Shown here: one piece after another, positions 8,749 through 16,567 of the stretch | Layout: every line of letters starts with the position of its first letter | How positions within the stretch are numbered: position 1 is the stretch's first letter | Made by a program: the position numbers and the translations under genes | Source of the DNA: an uncultured Candidatus Saccharibacteria bacterium | GTDB taxonomy: Bacteria > Patescibacteriota > Minisyncoccia > CAYRSW01 | Assembly (NCBI GenBank): GCA_964427335.1 | Contig: CAYRSW010000003.1 | Coordinates: 4,902-41,172, forward strand | Direction: 5' to 3' | Length of the DNA stretch: 36,271 bases | Notes under the pieces: generated by a model | The model's database searches: none | Seen by the model: the letters and a program-made list of their open reading frames with translations, nothing else | Told to the model about the DNA's origin: nothing

Positions 8749-9300
8749 ATGATGGAAATTATTGAAAAAATAAAACCAGAACTGGAGGAAAGTATTGAGT
8801 ATTTTAAAAAGGAGCTTCTGACAATAAGGAGTGGCAGAGCAAATATTGGCTTAGTAGAAGATATAGAGGTTGAATGTTATGATTCAAAGATGCCTCTTAA
8901 GCAGCTGGCAGCAATACATATGCCTGAACCCCGCCAGATTGTAATTCAACCCTGGGATAAACAAATTCTGCCTCAAATCGAAAAAGCTCTCTCTTCCCAA
9001 TCAAGCTTAACTGTTCATCCAGAAGAAGATGCAATCCGGGTAATAATCCCTCCTCTTGATGAAGAGGCAAGATTAAACTTAGTAAAAAAGCTCAATGAAA
9101 AAGCAGAAGAGGTGAGGGTAGCTATCAGGGGCCATCGAGAAAAGGTTTGGAGAGAGATACAGGAAGAGACTCAAGAGGGACGTTTAAGAGAGGATGATAA
9201 ATTTCGCGCCAAAGACGAAATGCAGAAACTAATTGATGAGTATAACCAAAATTTAGAAGAGTTGAGGAAGAGGAAAGAAGAGGAAATAATGACTATTTAA
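8749..9300 (+). CDS. frr: Ribosome recycling factor
   Basis: 183 aa. LLTIRSGRANIGLVEDIEVECYDSKMPLKQLAAI and IPPLDEEARLNLVKK match the RRF pattern. Confidence 0.9.
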   Translation: MMEIIEKIKPELEESIEYFKKELLTIRSGRANIGLVEDIEVECYDSKMPLKQLAAIHMPEPRQIVIQPWDKQILPQIEKALSSQSSLTVHPEEDAIRVIIPPLDEEARLNLVKKLNEKAEEVRVAIRGHREKVWREIQEETQEGRLREDDKFRAKDEMQKLIDEYNQNLEELRKRKEEEIMTI

Positions 9301-9309
9301 ATTGTAAAG

Positions 9310-10389
9310 ATGTTACTAACTATTATTGTTTTTTTATTAATCCTTGGACTTCTCATTTTTGTCCATGAGCTTGGTCATTTTATTATGGCCAAACGTGCCG
9401 GGGCAAAAATAGAAGAGTTTGGTTTTGGTTTTCCGCCGCGAATTTTTGGCAAAAAAATAGGGGAAACCATTTACTCTTTAAACCTTATCCCTTTGGGGGG
9501 ATTTGTTAGAATTCTTGGAGAGTCAGGAGAAGAAAGAAAGAACCCGCGGAGCTTTGCCAATAAATCAACCTTCCAGCGTTTTAAAATTCTCATTGCCGGA
9601 GTATCAATGAATCTAATGCTAGCCGCGGTGCTCTTGAGTATTGGTTTTTTTTGTGGACTTCCAACAATTATAGATAGCGACCAAGGAAAAGCTCGCGAGG
9701 TAAAGATTCAAATTTTAAGTGTGTCCCCAAATTCTCCGGCTCAAGCGGCCGGAATAAAAATTGGAGACGAGATAAGAGAATTCCAAATTCCAAATTCCAA
9801 ATTTCAAATTAGTGAGGTGGAAGAGGTGCAGGAGTTGACTAAGGAATATGCTGGTCAGGAGATTATTCTTGAGATTAAAAGAGGAAGTGAAATTTTGAAC
9901 GTTTCGCTTGTTCCTCGAAAAAATCCTCCGGAAGCCGAAGGAGCAATGGGGGTAGCCCTGGCTAAGACGGCAATAGTTAGTTATCCCTGGTACAAATCTA
10001 TCTGGTTGGGAATTGTTACCACTTTTAATCTAACTCTTACTTTTATTTTTGCTTTTGCGAGAATCTTAAAAGATCTTATTTTTGGCAGAGTTTTAACCGC
10101 TGAAATATCTGGCCCGGTCGGTATTGCTGTGCTTACTTCTCAAGCAGCAAAACTCGGATTTATTTATGTTTTACAACTTACCGCTCTTATTTCTATAAAC
10201 CTGGCTATTATTAACGCTTTTCCATTTCCTGCTTTAGATGGGGGCAGAATCTTGTTTTTGGTTATTGAGAAAATAAAAGGCAGTCCGGTCAGTCAAAGAA
10301 TAGAGAGAGCAATTCATACCGCCGGATTTGTATTTCTGATAGGGCTGATAATTTTAATTACCTTTAAGGATGTAAAAAAACTGTTTTAA
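9310..10389 (+). CDS. rseP: RIP metalloprotease RseP (M50 site-2 protease with PDZ domain)
   Basis: HELGHF (HExxH) lies in the first TM segment. A central PDZ is present (PAQAAGIKIGDEI), as is the NLAIINAFPFPALDGGR motif. Polytopic membrane profile. Confidence 0.85.
   Translation: MLLTIIVFLLILGLLIFVHELGHFIMAKRAGAKIEEFGFGFPPRIFGKKIGETIYSLNLIPLGGFVRILGESGEERKNPRSFANKSTFQRFKILIAGVSMNLMLAAVLLSIGFFCGLPTIIDSDQGKAREVKIQILSVSPNSPAQAAGIKIGDEIREFQIPNSKFQISEVEEVQELTKEYAGQEIILEIKRGSEILNVSLVPRKNPPEAEGAMGVALAKTAIVSYPWYKSIWLGIVTTFNLTLTFIFAFARILKDLIFGRVLTAEISGPVGIAVLTSQAAKLGFIYVLQLTALISINLAIINAFPFPALDGGRILFLVIEKIKGSPVSQRIERAIHTAGFVFLIGLIILITFKDVKKLF
9779..9811. repeat. Heptanucleotide tandem array inside rseP: AATTCCA x3, AATTTCA x1, partial AATTA
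   Basis: Direct reading of gaATTCCAAATTCCAAATTCCAAATTTCAAATTag. It encodes EFQIPNSKFQIS in the PDZ region. Confidence 0.9.
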
Positions 10390-10393
10390 AACC

Positions 10394-11632
10394 ATGCTGC
10401 AATCTCAACTCTTCGCCAGAACTAAAAGAGAAATATCTAAAGAAATAGTTTTTGCAAGCCACAGATTGCTTCTGCGAGCTGACTTTATTCATCAATTTTC
10501 TGCTGGTGTCTATGCACTACTGCCTCTGGGTTTTAAGGTAATACGGAATATTGAGAAAATAATCAGAGAGGAATTTAATAAAATTGGGATTCAGGAATTA
10601 TCGATGCCTCTTTTGCAGCCGGCCGAACTTTGGGAGAAAACAGGAAGATTAAAAACCAGTGGAAAAGAATTATGGAGAATAAAAGATAGAAAAGGGGAAG
10701 AACTGGTCTTAGCGATGACTCATGAAGAAACAATTGCTGCTATTGCGGCCGATACCATTAGATCAGAAGATGCTCTATCGGTAATTGTTAACCAATTTGA
10801 AACCAAAGTGAGAGACGAAGAAAGACCTCGAGGGGGACTTCTACGTTTAAGGGAGTTTCTTATGCAAGATGCTTATTCATTTGACAAAGACGAAAAAGAC
10901 TTAAATCAGAATTTTCAGAAAATGGTAAAGATTTATAAAAAAATTTTTAAAAGGATGAATCTTCCGGTGATACCGGTTAGGGCTTCGACAGGCGTCATGG
11001 GAGGGTCAGAATCTTATGAGTTTATGGTAATTTCAGAGGCAGGGGAAGATAAAGTTGTTTTTTGTCCCAAATGCAATTTCGCTGCTAATGTTGAGATGCT
11101 GAGGGAAAAGCAAAAATGTCCTCAATGCGAAGAAAAGATGGAAATTAAAAAAGCAATTGAAGTAGCTCATGCTTTTAAATTAGGAACTAAATATAGTAAA
11201 GCAATGAATATTCTATATCAGGACAAAATTGGCAAGAAACATTTTGTCCAAATGGGTTGTTATGGAATAGGATTAGAAAGAACGATGGCGGCAATCGTTG
11301 AGGTCCATCATGATGAAAAAGGAATTATCTGGCCAGTGGCAGTTGCTCCCTATAAGATTCACTTACTTTCAATAGGCAGGGGTAAAGAGGTTGCTAAAAA
11401 ATCTCGAGCGTTGTATAATAAATTGATTAAAGAGAACTTAGAAGTGCTGTATGACGACCGCGACGAATCTCCCGGAGTCAAATTTGCTGACAGTGATTTA
11501 ATCGGCATCCCGATAAGATTAGTGGTAAGCCAAAAAACATTAGAAAAGGGGAGTGTGGAAGTAAAAAGACGGGACCAGGAAAAGGTAAAACTAATTAAAG
11601 TAAAAAAGTTAATAGAACAATATGCTAAATAA
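10394..11632 (+). CDS. proS: Prolyl-tRNA synthetase, bacterial-type core without the INS editing domain
   Basis: Class II motif 2 (ERPRGGLLRLREFLMQDAYSF) and motif 3 (MGCYGIGLERTMAAIVE) are present, followed by a C-terminal anticodon-binding domain. Only 412 aa. Between motifs 2 and 3 there is only CPKCNFAANVEMLREKQKCPQCEEKM. Confidence 0.85.
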   Translation: MLQSQLFARTKREISKEIVFASHRLLLRADFIHQFSAGVYALLPLGFKVIRNIEKIIREEFNKIGIQELSMPLLQPAELWEKTGRLKTSGKELWRIKDRKGEELVLAMTHEETIAAIAADTIRSEDALSVIVNQFETKVRDEERPRGGLLRLREFLMQDAYSFDKDEKDLNQNFQKMVKIYKKIFKRMNLPVIPVRASTGVMGGSESYEFMVISEAGEDKVVFCPKCNFAANVEMLREKQKCPQCEEKMEIKKAIEVAHAFKLGTKYSKAMNILYQDKIGKKHFVQMGCYGIGLERTMAAIVEVHHDEKGIIWPVAVAPYKIHLLSIGRGKEVAKKSRALYNKLIKENLEVLYDDRDESPGVKFADSDLIGIPIRLVVSQKTLEKGSVEVKRRDQEKVKLIKVKKLIEQYAK

Positions 11633-12674
11633 GTTACTGGGTCTATTTTCAAAAGATATTGGGATTGATTTGGGGACGGCTAATACTCTGGTCTATGTTA
11701 GAGGAGAGGGGATTGTTATTAATGAGCCCTCGGTAGTAGCGATTAATAAAAAAACTGGCCAGATTTTAGCTATTGGCAACGAGGCAAAAAAGATGGTTGG
11801 CAGAACCCCTGCTTACATTGTCGCCAGCCGTCCTTTAGTTGAAGGGGTAATTTCCGATTTTGAGGTTACCGAACAGATGCTTAAATATTTTATTAATAAA
11901 GTTCATCGTGAAGGTTTTACGTTGCTTCCTCGGCCACGAGTAGTAATCGGCATTCCTTCAGGAGTAACCGAGGTAGAAAAAAAGGCAGTTCATGACGCTG
12001 CCATTAATGCTGGAGCAAGATGTGCTTATCTAGTTGAGGAGCCAATGGCTGCTGCTATCGGAGCGCGGCTTCCAGTTCAGGAAGCCAAGGGAAACGTGAT
12101 TGTTGACATTGGGGGAGGCACTACCGAAGTAGCTGTTATCTCGCTCGGAGGAATTGTTACCTCCAAAAGTCTCCGTATTGCCGGCGATAAATTAAACGAC
12201 GATATTATAAGATATGCCCAAGACCAGTTTAATTTACTTCTGGGCGAAAAAACCGCTGAAGACATAAAGATTGCCGTTGGTTCCGCTTTTAAGTTAAACG
12301 AAGCTCTTGAGGCGCCGATGCGAGGTAGAGACCTGATTACCGGACTGCCTAAGGAGGTAATTGTTAATGACGAGCAAATAAGAGTTGCTTTGGCCAAATC
12401 AGTGGGAATTATTACAAACAGCATTAAGCAAACTATTGAAGAAACCCCTCCGGAATTAGTGGCTGATATTATGGAAAGAGGAATATATCTTACCGGTGGA
12501 GGAAGTTTATTGAGAGGCTTAGATCAATTAGTCGCCCAAGTTACTCAAATGCCCGTTAAAATTACTGAAGATGCTTTAACTACGGTAGCCAGGGGAGCCG
12601 GTATTATCTTGGAGGATATTGAATCTTTGCGAGAGGTTTTAGCGGAGGTGCAGACCGAAGAGCCACCAAGATAA
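11622..12674 (+). CDS. mreB: Rod-shape determining actin homologue MreB
   Basis: IGIDLGTANTLVYV, VVIGIPSGVTEVEKKAV, DIGGGTTEVAVISLGG, YLTGGGSLLRGL. Overlaps the proS stop by 11 nt. Confidence 0.93.
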   Translation: MLNKLLGLFSKDIGIDLGTANTLVYVRGEGIVINEPSVVAINKKTGQILAIGNEAKKMVGRTPAYIVASRPLVEGVISDFEVTEQMLKYFINKVHREGFTLLPRPRVVIGIPSGVTEVEKKAVHDAAINAGARCAYLVEEPMAAAIGARLPVQEAKGNVIVDIGGGTTEVAVISLGGIVTSKSLRIAGDKLNDDIIRYAQDQFNLLLGEKTAEDIKIAVGSAFKLNEALEAPMRGRDLITGLPKEVIVNDEQIRVALAKSVGIITNSIKQTIEETPPELVADIMERGIYLTGGGSLLRGLDQLVAQVTQMPVKITEDALTTVARGAGIILEDIESLREVLAEVQTEEPPR

Positions 12675-12742
12675 AACCAAAAATAAAAAACCAAAAATAA
12701 AAAACACATATCAAAAACTTAAAAATTCCTGAAACTTAAAAA
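12675..12742. repeat. A-rich direct repeats in the mreB-mreC spacer
   Basis: AACCAAAAATAAAA occurs twice in tandem (12675-12688 and 12689-12702). AAACTTAAAAA occurs twice (12715-12725 and 12732-12742). Confidence 0.85.
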
Positions 12743-12746
12743 CATC

Positions 12747-13544
12747 ATGATTCGTTTATTTAAAGAAAAAAAACTTTTAGTGGCTCTGGCAGTTGTTTTG
12801 CTGCTTATTTTTTTAAACTTTTTGGGATTTAGGGATTTTCAGAATCTTTTTTCTAGAGCAACCTCTCCTATTCAAGCTGGTTTTAATATCAGCTCTCAAA
12901 AAATTTATAATTTTTTTAGAGCGGTATCTACTTTGCCTAAGTTGAGGGGCGAAAATAAAAATTTGAAAGAGGAAAATCAAAAACTTCTCCTTCAGGTTAT
13001 TGGACTTCGGGAGAAGACTAAAGAAAACGAAGTTTTAAGAGCTCAATTGAATCAAGAGCAAGGAAAGGGGATGGAATTGCTTATGGCTCGAGTAATTGGG
13101 AGGGAGCCGCAAAATTTAGCCCAATTACTTTTAATAAATAAAGGTTTAAAGGATTACGTGAGCGTCGGCATGCCGGTAGTTGATAAGGGAGGTGCTTTGG
13201 TTGGTAAAATTGTTACTGTTTTTTCAAACACTTCCAAGGTATTACTAGCCACCGATCCCAATAGCATTATCAATGGAGTGCTTCAAGAGTCTCAAGTCAC
13301 TGGTATAGTAAATGGCAAATACGGCCTAGGAATGCTTATGGAGATGATTCCCCAGAACGAGGAAGTCAAAATTAGTGATGTTGTTGTTACTTCAGGGTTG
13401 GGCGGTGAATTCCCTTCGGGGGTTTTTATTGGGAAAGTAAATAAAATTATAGAGCAAGAAACTGAAATTTTCAAAAAAGCCTGGATAAAACCAGCTGCTG
13501 CCTTCAACCACTTAGAAACAGTCTTTGTTATATTAGAATATTAG
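12747..13544 (+). CDS. mreC: Rod-shape determining protein MreC
   Basis: N-terminal TM segment, coiled-coil region (ENKNLKEENQKLLLQV), C-terminal VVTSGLGGEFPSGVFIGKV motif, and position after mreB. Confidence 0.85.
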   Translation: MIRLFKEKKLLVALAVVLLLIFLNFLGFRDFQNLFSRATSPIQAGFNISSQKIYNFFRAVSTLPKLRGENKNLKEENQKLLLQVIGLREKTKENEVLRAQLNQEQGKGMELLMARVIGREPQNLAQLLLINKGLKDYVSVGMPVVDKGGALVGKIVTVFSNTSKVLLATDPNSIINGVLQESQVTGIVNGKYGLGMLMEMIPQNEEVKISDVVVTSGLGGEFPSGVFIGKVNKIIEQETEIFKKAWIKPAAAFNHLETVFVILEY

Positions 13545-13559
13545 CCAGTAGTAAAATTC

Positions 13560-14060
13560 ATGCGTATTGCCTTTGTAATCTTAGTTTGTTTTTTTATCGT
13601 CATACTTCAGACCACATTTGCGCCTAAGCTGGCAATTTATGGAGTTTTCCCTAATTTAATACTGGTGCTTGTTATCTTTAAGAGTCTCTTTAAAGATTAT
13701 AAAGAGATTTTCATTTGGCCATTAGCCGGCGGACTAATCCTGGACATTTTCTCTGGTTTTCCTTTTGGAGTATTTACTTTGAGTTTTTTAGTCGTTTCTC
13801 TGGCAGTAAGTTTCTTGAGCCGAAACATTTGGAGCAGTGAAAATATTGGCTTGGTAGTGATGCTTATTACTTTCTTAGGAAGCATCCTTTCGGGATTTCT
13901 TACGGCAATTTTTTCAAAATTAGGTTACTTGCTTATGAATCTTTCTTGGGCTTTCAATTTTAAACAAATTCTAGTTATAACTTTTAGCGAGGCAATTTAC
14001 AATGTAATTTTAGCGGCGATTTTGCTTCTGGTTTTAAAAAGATTGAGGTTTTTAAAATGA
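13560..14060 (+). CDS. mreD: Rod-shape determining protein MreD
   Basis: 166-aa polytopic hydrophobic protein directly after mreC. Its stop overlaps the next start (ATGA). Confidence 0.7.
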   Translation: MRIAFVILVCFFIVILQTTFAPKLAIYGVFPNLILVLVIFKSLFKDYKEIFIWPLAGGLILDIFSGFPFGVFTLSFLVVSLAVSFLSRNIWSSENIGLVVMLITFLGSILSGFLTAIFSKLGYLLMNLSWAFNFKQILVITFSEAIYNVILAAILLLVLKRLRFLK

Positions 14061-15973
14061 AAAAAGATGAGTTCAAAAAGTACAAGGTGAAATTATTTGA
14101 GAAAAATTTGCTTGAACCAGAAGAGATTTTTCTTGATGCACAAGCGAGAACCCCGGAGTCAAAATTACAGCTCCCTTTAAAAAATAAAGAATTTAAGTTC
14201 CTCTTCAAAATAATTTTTGCAAGTTTGTGTCTGCTGCTAATCAGAGCCGGTTGGCTTCAGATTGTAAAAGGTAATGACTTTGCCCAAAAAGCGCAGCTTA
14301 ATCGAATAAGAACAATCTATACAAAAACTTCTCGGGGTTTAATTTTTTCTAAAGACTTAAAGCCGTTGGTTTATAATATTCCTAGTTATGATTTAGTGAT
14401 TATTCCGAGAGAACTGTCTCGCCAAAAAGAAGCTCTAAAAGAAGAAATTTTAAATCTAGCCAGATTAACAGACAATACTTATGAAGATTTAATTGAGAAT
14501 TTTCGTGAAATTGATTTCGGTTCCTCGGAGGCGGTTTTACTTCAAGAAAATATTTCAAGGGACATTGCTCTTATTATAGAGACAAAGTTAGATTTGCTGC
14601 CCGGAGTAAAAATTCAGAAAAATATTACGAGACTTTATTTGGAAGGAGAAATTTTTTCTCACATTTTGGGTTATACCGGTATAGTGAATAAAGAGGATTT
14701 AAAAGCTCATCCAGATTATCTTTCTACGGACTATATTGGCAAAGGAGGGCTGGAATTAACTTATGAGCCCTATTTAAGAGGGGTGCATGCCGCTGAAATT
14801 CAAGAAATAGATGCCCGAGGGAACGTTAAAAAAATAATTTCTCGCCAGGATGGCTTGCCCGGCCAAAATTTAGTTTTGTGTTTAGATAAAGTTCTACAGG
14901 AAAAGATTTTTGAAGTTCTTACGAAGCATCTGGCTCAAAAAAAACTTACCCGCGCTGCGGCAGTGGCTATTGATCCTCGAGATGGGGGGATTTTGGCATT
15001 AGTAAGCTTGCCCACTTTTGATAATAATCTTTTTGCTCAAGGGATCTCTTTTGGTGAATATCAAGAGTTAATAGAAAATCCAGACAAACCTCTATTTAAC
15101 AGAACAATAGGGGGAATGGGGTATCCCCCAGGGTCTGCTATAAAGCCGTTGATAGCTTTAGCCGCTTTAGAAGAAGGGGTGCTGAAGCCCTCGACCGTGA
15201 TTGACTGTCACGGCGAAATATCAGTTCCCCATAAATATAATCCCAATATAATCCAGTATTTTAGGGATTGGAAAGCCCATGGTCCAACCGGCCTTATTAA
15301 GGCTATTGCCGAGTCCTGTAATGTGTTTTTTTATCATATCGGGGGCGGCTATAAAGATTTTGAAGGATTAGGTGCCAAAAGACTAGCAGAGTATTTAGGA
15401 TTATTTGGCTTAGGGGAGAAGCTCGGTATTGATTTAGGTGGTGAAGCAAAGGGGCTTGTGCCAACTCCTCGTTGGAAAGAAGAAGTAAAGCAAGAGCCCT
15501 GGGTTTTAGGCGATACCTACCATTTATCAATTGGTCAGGGGGATATTCTTACCACTCCTCTTCAAGTTGCTCTCTACACTGCTGCTATTGCCAATGGAGG
15601 AACTCTTTTTAAACCCCGCTTAGTTGATAAAGTAATGGATTCTCAAAAAAACATAATCGAGGATTTTGAGTCCCAAGTAATCCGCCAAAATTTTATTACT
15701 CCGGCAAATATTGAATTAATCCAAAAGGGAATGAGAGCAGCAGTAGAGTGGGGTTCGGCTAGGGCAATGAGTGCTCTTTTGCCAGAAATAGCTGGCAAAA
15801 CCGGCACGGCTCAATACGGCTCTCAAGGCAAGACCCATGCCTGGTTTACCAGCTTTGCTCCTTATGATAATCCAGAAATAGTTCTTGTGATTCTGGTTGA
15901 AGGAGGGGGAGAGGGAACCGAGACTGCGGTTCCAATAGCCAAAGAAATATTTGAATGGTATTTCGCAAAATAA
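14057..15973 (+). CDS. mrdA: Class B penicillin-binding protein 2 (elongation transpeptidase)
   Basis: N-terminal TM segment, then the SxxK (GSAIKP), SxN (ESCNVFF) and KTG (GKTGTA) motifs. Positioned after mreBCD. Confidence 0.8.
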   Translation: MKKDEFKKYKVKLFEKNLLEPEEIFLDAQARTPESKLQLPLKNKEFKFLFKIIFASLCLLLIRAGWLQIVKGNDFAQKAQLNRIRTIYTKTSRGLIFSKDLKPLVYNIPSYDLVIIPRELSRQKEALKEEILNLARLTDNTYEDLIENFREIDFGSSEAVLLQENISRDIALIIETKLDLLPGVKIQKNITRLYLEGEIFSHILGYTGIVNKEDLKAHPDYLSTDYIGKGGLELTYEPYLRGVHAAEIQEIDARGNVKKIISRQDGLPGQNLVLCLDKVLQEKIFEVLTKHLAQKKLTRAAAVAIDPRDGGILALVSLPTFDNNLFAQGISFGEYQELIENPDKPLFNRTIGGMGYPPGSAIKPLIALAALEEGVLKPSTVIDCHGEISVPHKYNPNIIQYFRDWKAHGPTGLIKAIAESCNVFFYHIGGGYKDFEGLGAKRLAEYLGLFGLGEKLGIDLGGEAKGLVPTPRWKEEVKQEPWVLGDTYHLSIGQGDILTTPLQVALYTAAIANGGTLFKPRLVDKVMDSQKNIIEDFESQVIRQNFITPANIELIQKGMRAAVEWGSARAMSALLPEIAGKTGTAQYGSQGKTHAWFTSFAPYDNPEIVLVILVEGGGEGTETAVPIAKEIFEWYFAK

Positions 15974-15987
15974 TTTCTGAAAATAAT

Positions 15988-16016
15988 TTGACAGAATTTT
16001 TTGATAAGATTAAAAT
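15988..16016 (+). promoter_or_regulatory. Promoter for greA (TTGACA-N17-TAAAAT)
   Basis: TTGACA at 15988-15993, a 17-nt spacer, TAAAAT at 16011-16016. The ATG at 16024 lies 7 nt after the -10 with no SD in between. Confidence 0.55.
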
Positions 16017-16023
16017 AAGTAAC

Positions 16024-16482
16024 ATGAATAAATACATTTCTAAACAGGGATTAGAAAAAATAGAAAAAGAACTCTTAATTCTTAAAACTCAAAAAAGAAG
16101 GGAGATAGCCGAAAAAATTCAGCAAGCAAAGGAAATGGGTGATTTATCAGAAAATGCGGAATATGCTGAAGCTAAGGCAGAGCAAGAGAGAGTGGAAAAC
16201 CATATTGCCGAGCTGGAAGAAATTATCAAAGAAGCAGAGGTTATTAGGGGCAGACAGAGTGGTTTAGCTGGGGTTAGCGTAGGTTCTAAGGTTAAGGTAA
16301 GGTCTAGAGGCAAAATACAATTTTTTTCTATTGTTGGCTCTGATGAAATAGACCCAGCAGAAGGAAAGATTTCAAATGAATCCCCTTTAGGCGCGGCACT
16401 GCTTGAGCATAGAGTAGGAGATACGGTAGAAGTATTAACTCCTACCGGGAAGATAAAGTATAAGATTTTAAAGATCTATTGA
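16024..16482 (+). CDS. greA: Transcription elongation factor GreA
   Basis: MNKYISKQGLEKIEKEL..GDLSENAEYAEAKAEQ..SNESPLGAALLEHRVGD is typical of GreA. The listed ORF start (15955) would overlap the end of mrdA and add a non-GreA extension, so I prefer the ATG at 16024. Confidence 0.88.
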   Translation: MNKYISKQGLEKIEKELLILKTQKRREIAEKIQQAKEMGDLSENAEYAEAKAEQERVENHIAELEEIIKEAEVIRGRQSGLAGVSVGSKVKVRSRGKIQFFSIVGSDEIDPAEGKISNESPLGAALLEHRVGDTVEVLTPTGKIKYKILKIY

Positions 16483-16507
16483 CAAATTTTATCTTATCTG
16501 ATAGGAT
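16479..16507 (+). promoter_or_regulatory. Promoter for the S55-like peptidase gene (TTGACA-N17-TAGGAT, with TGa extended -10)
   Basis: TTGACA at 16479-16484 (overlaps the greA stop), a 17-nt spacer, and TGATAGGAT at 16499-16507. Confidence 0.5.
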
Positions 16508-16567
16508 AATATGTAAACAGTCCTTTTAAAAAATAAAGTCAATTTAAGCTTGACAAGGGGGAAAAGC

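Noticed and set aside
15955-16023. The longer greA start (15955), and likewise the TTG start at 16550 for the peptidase gene.
   Set aside because: The extensions add non-homologous residues. The 15955 start overlaps the end of mrdA and would bury the TTGACA-N17-TAAAAT promoter. The internal ATGs give canonical N-termini (MNKYISKQGLEK.. for greA, and the signal peptide MKRIARIL.. for the peptidase).
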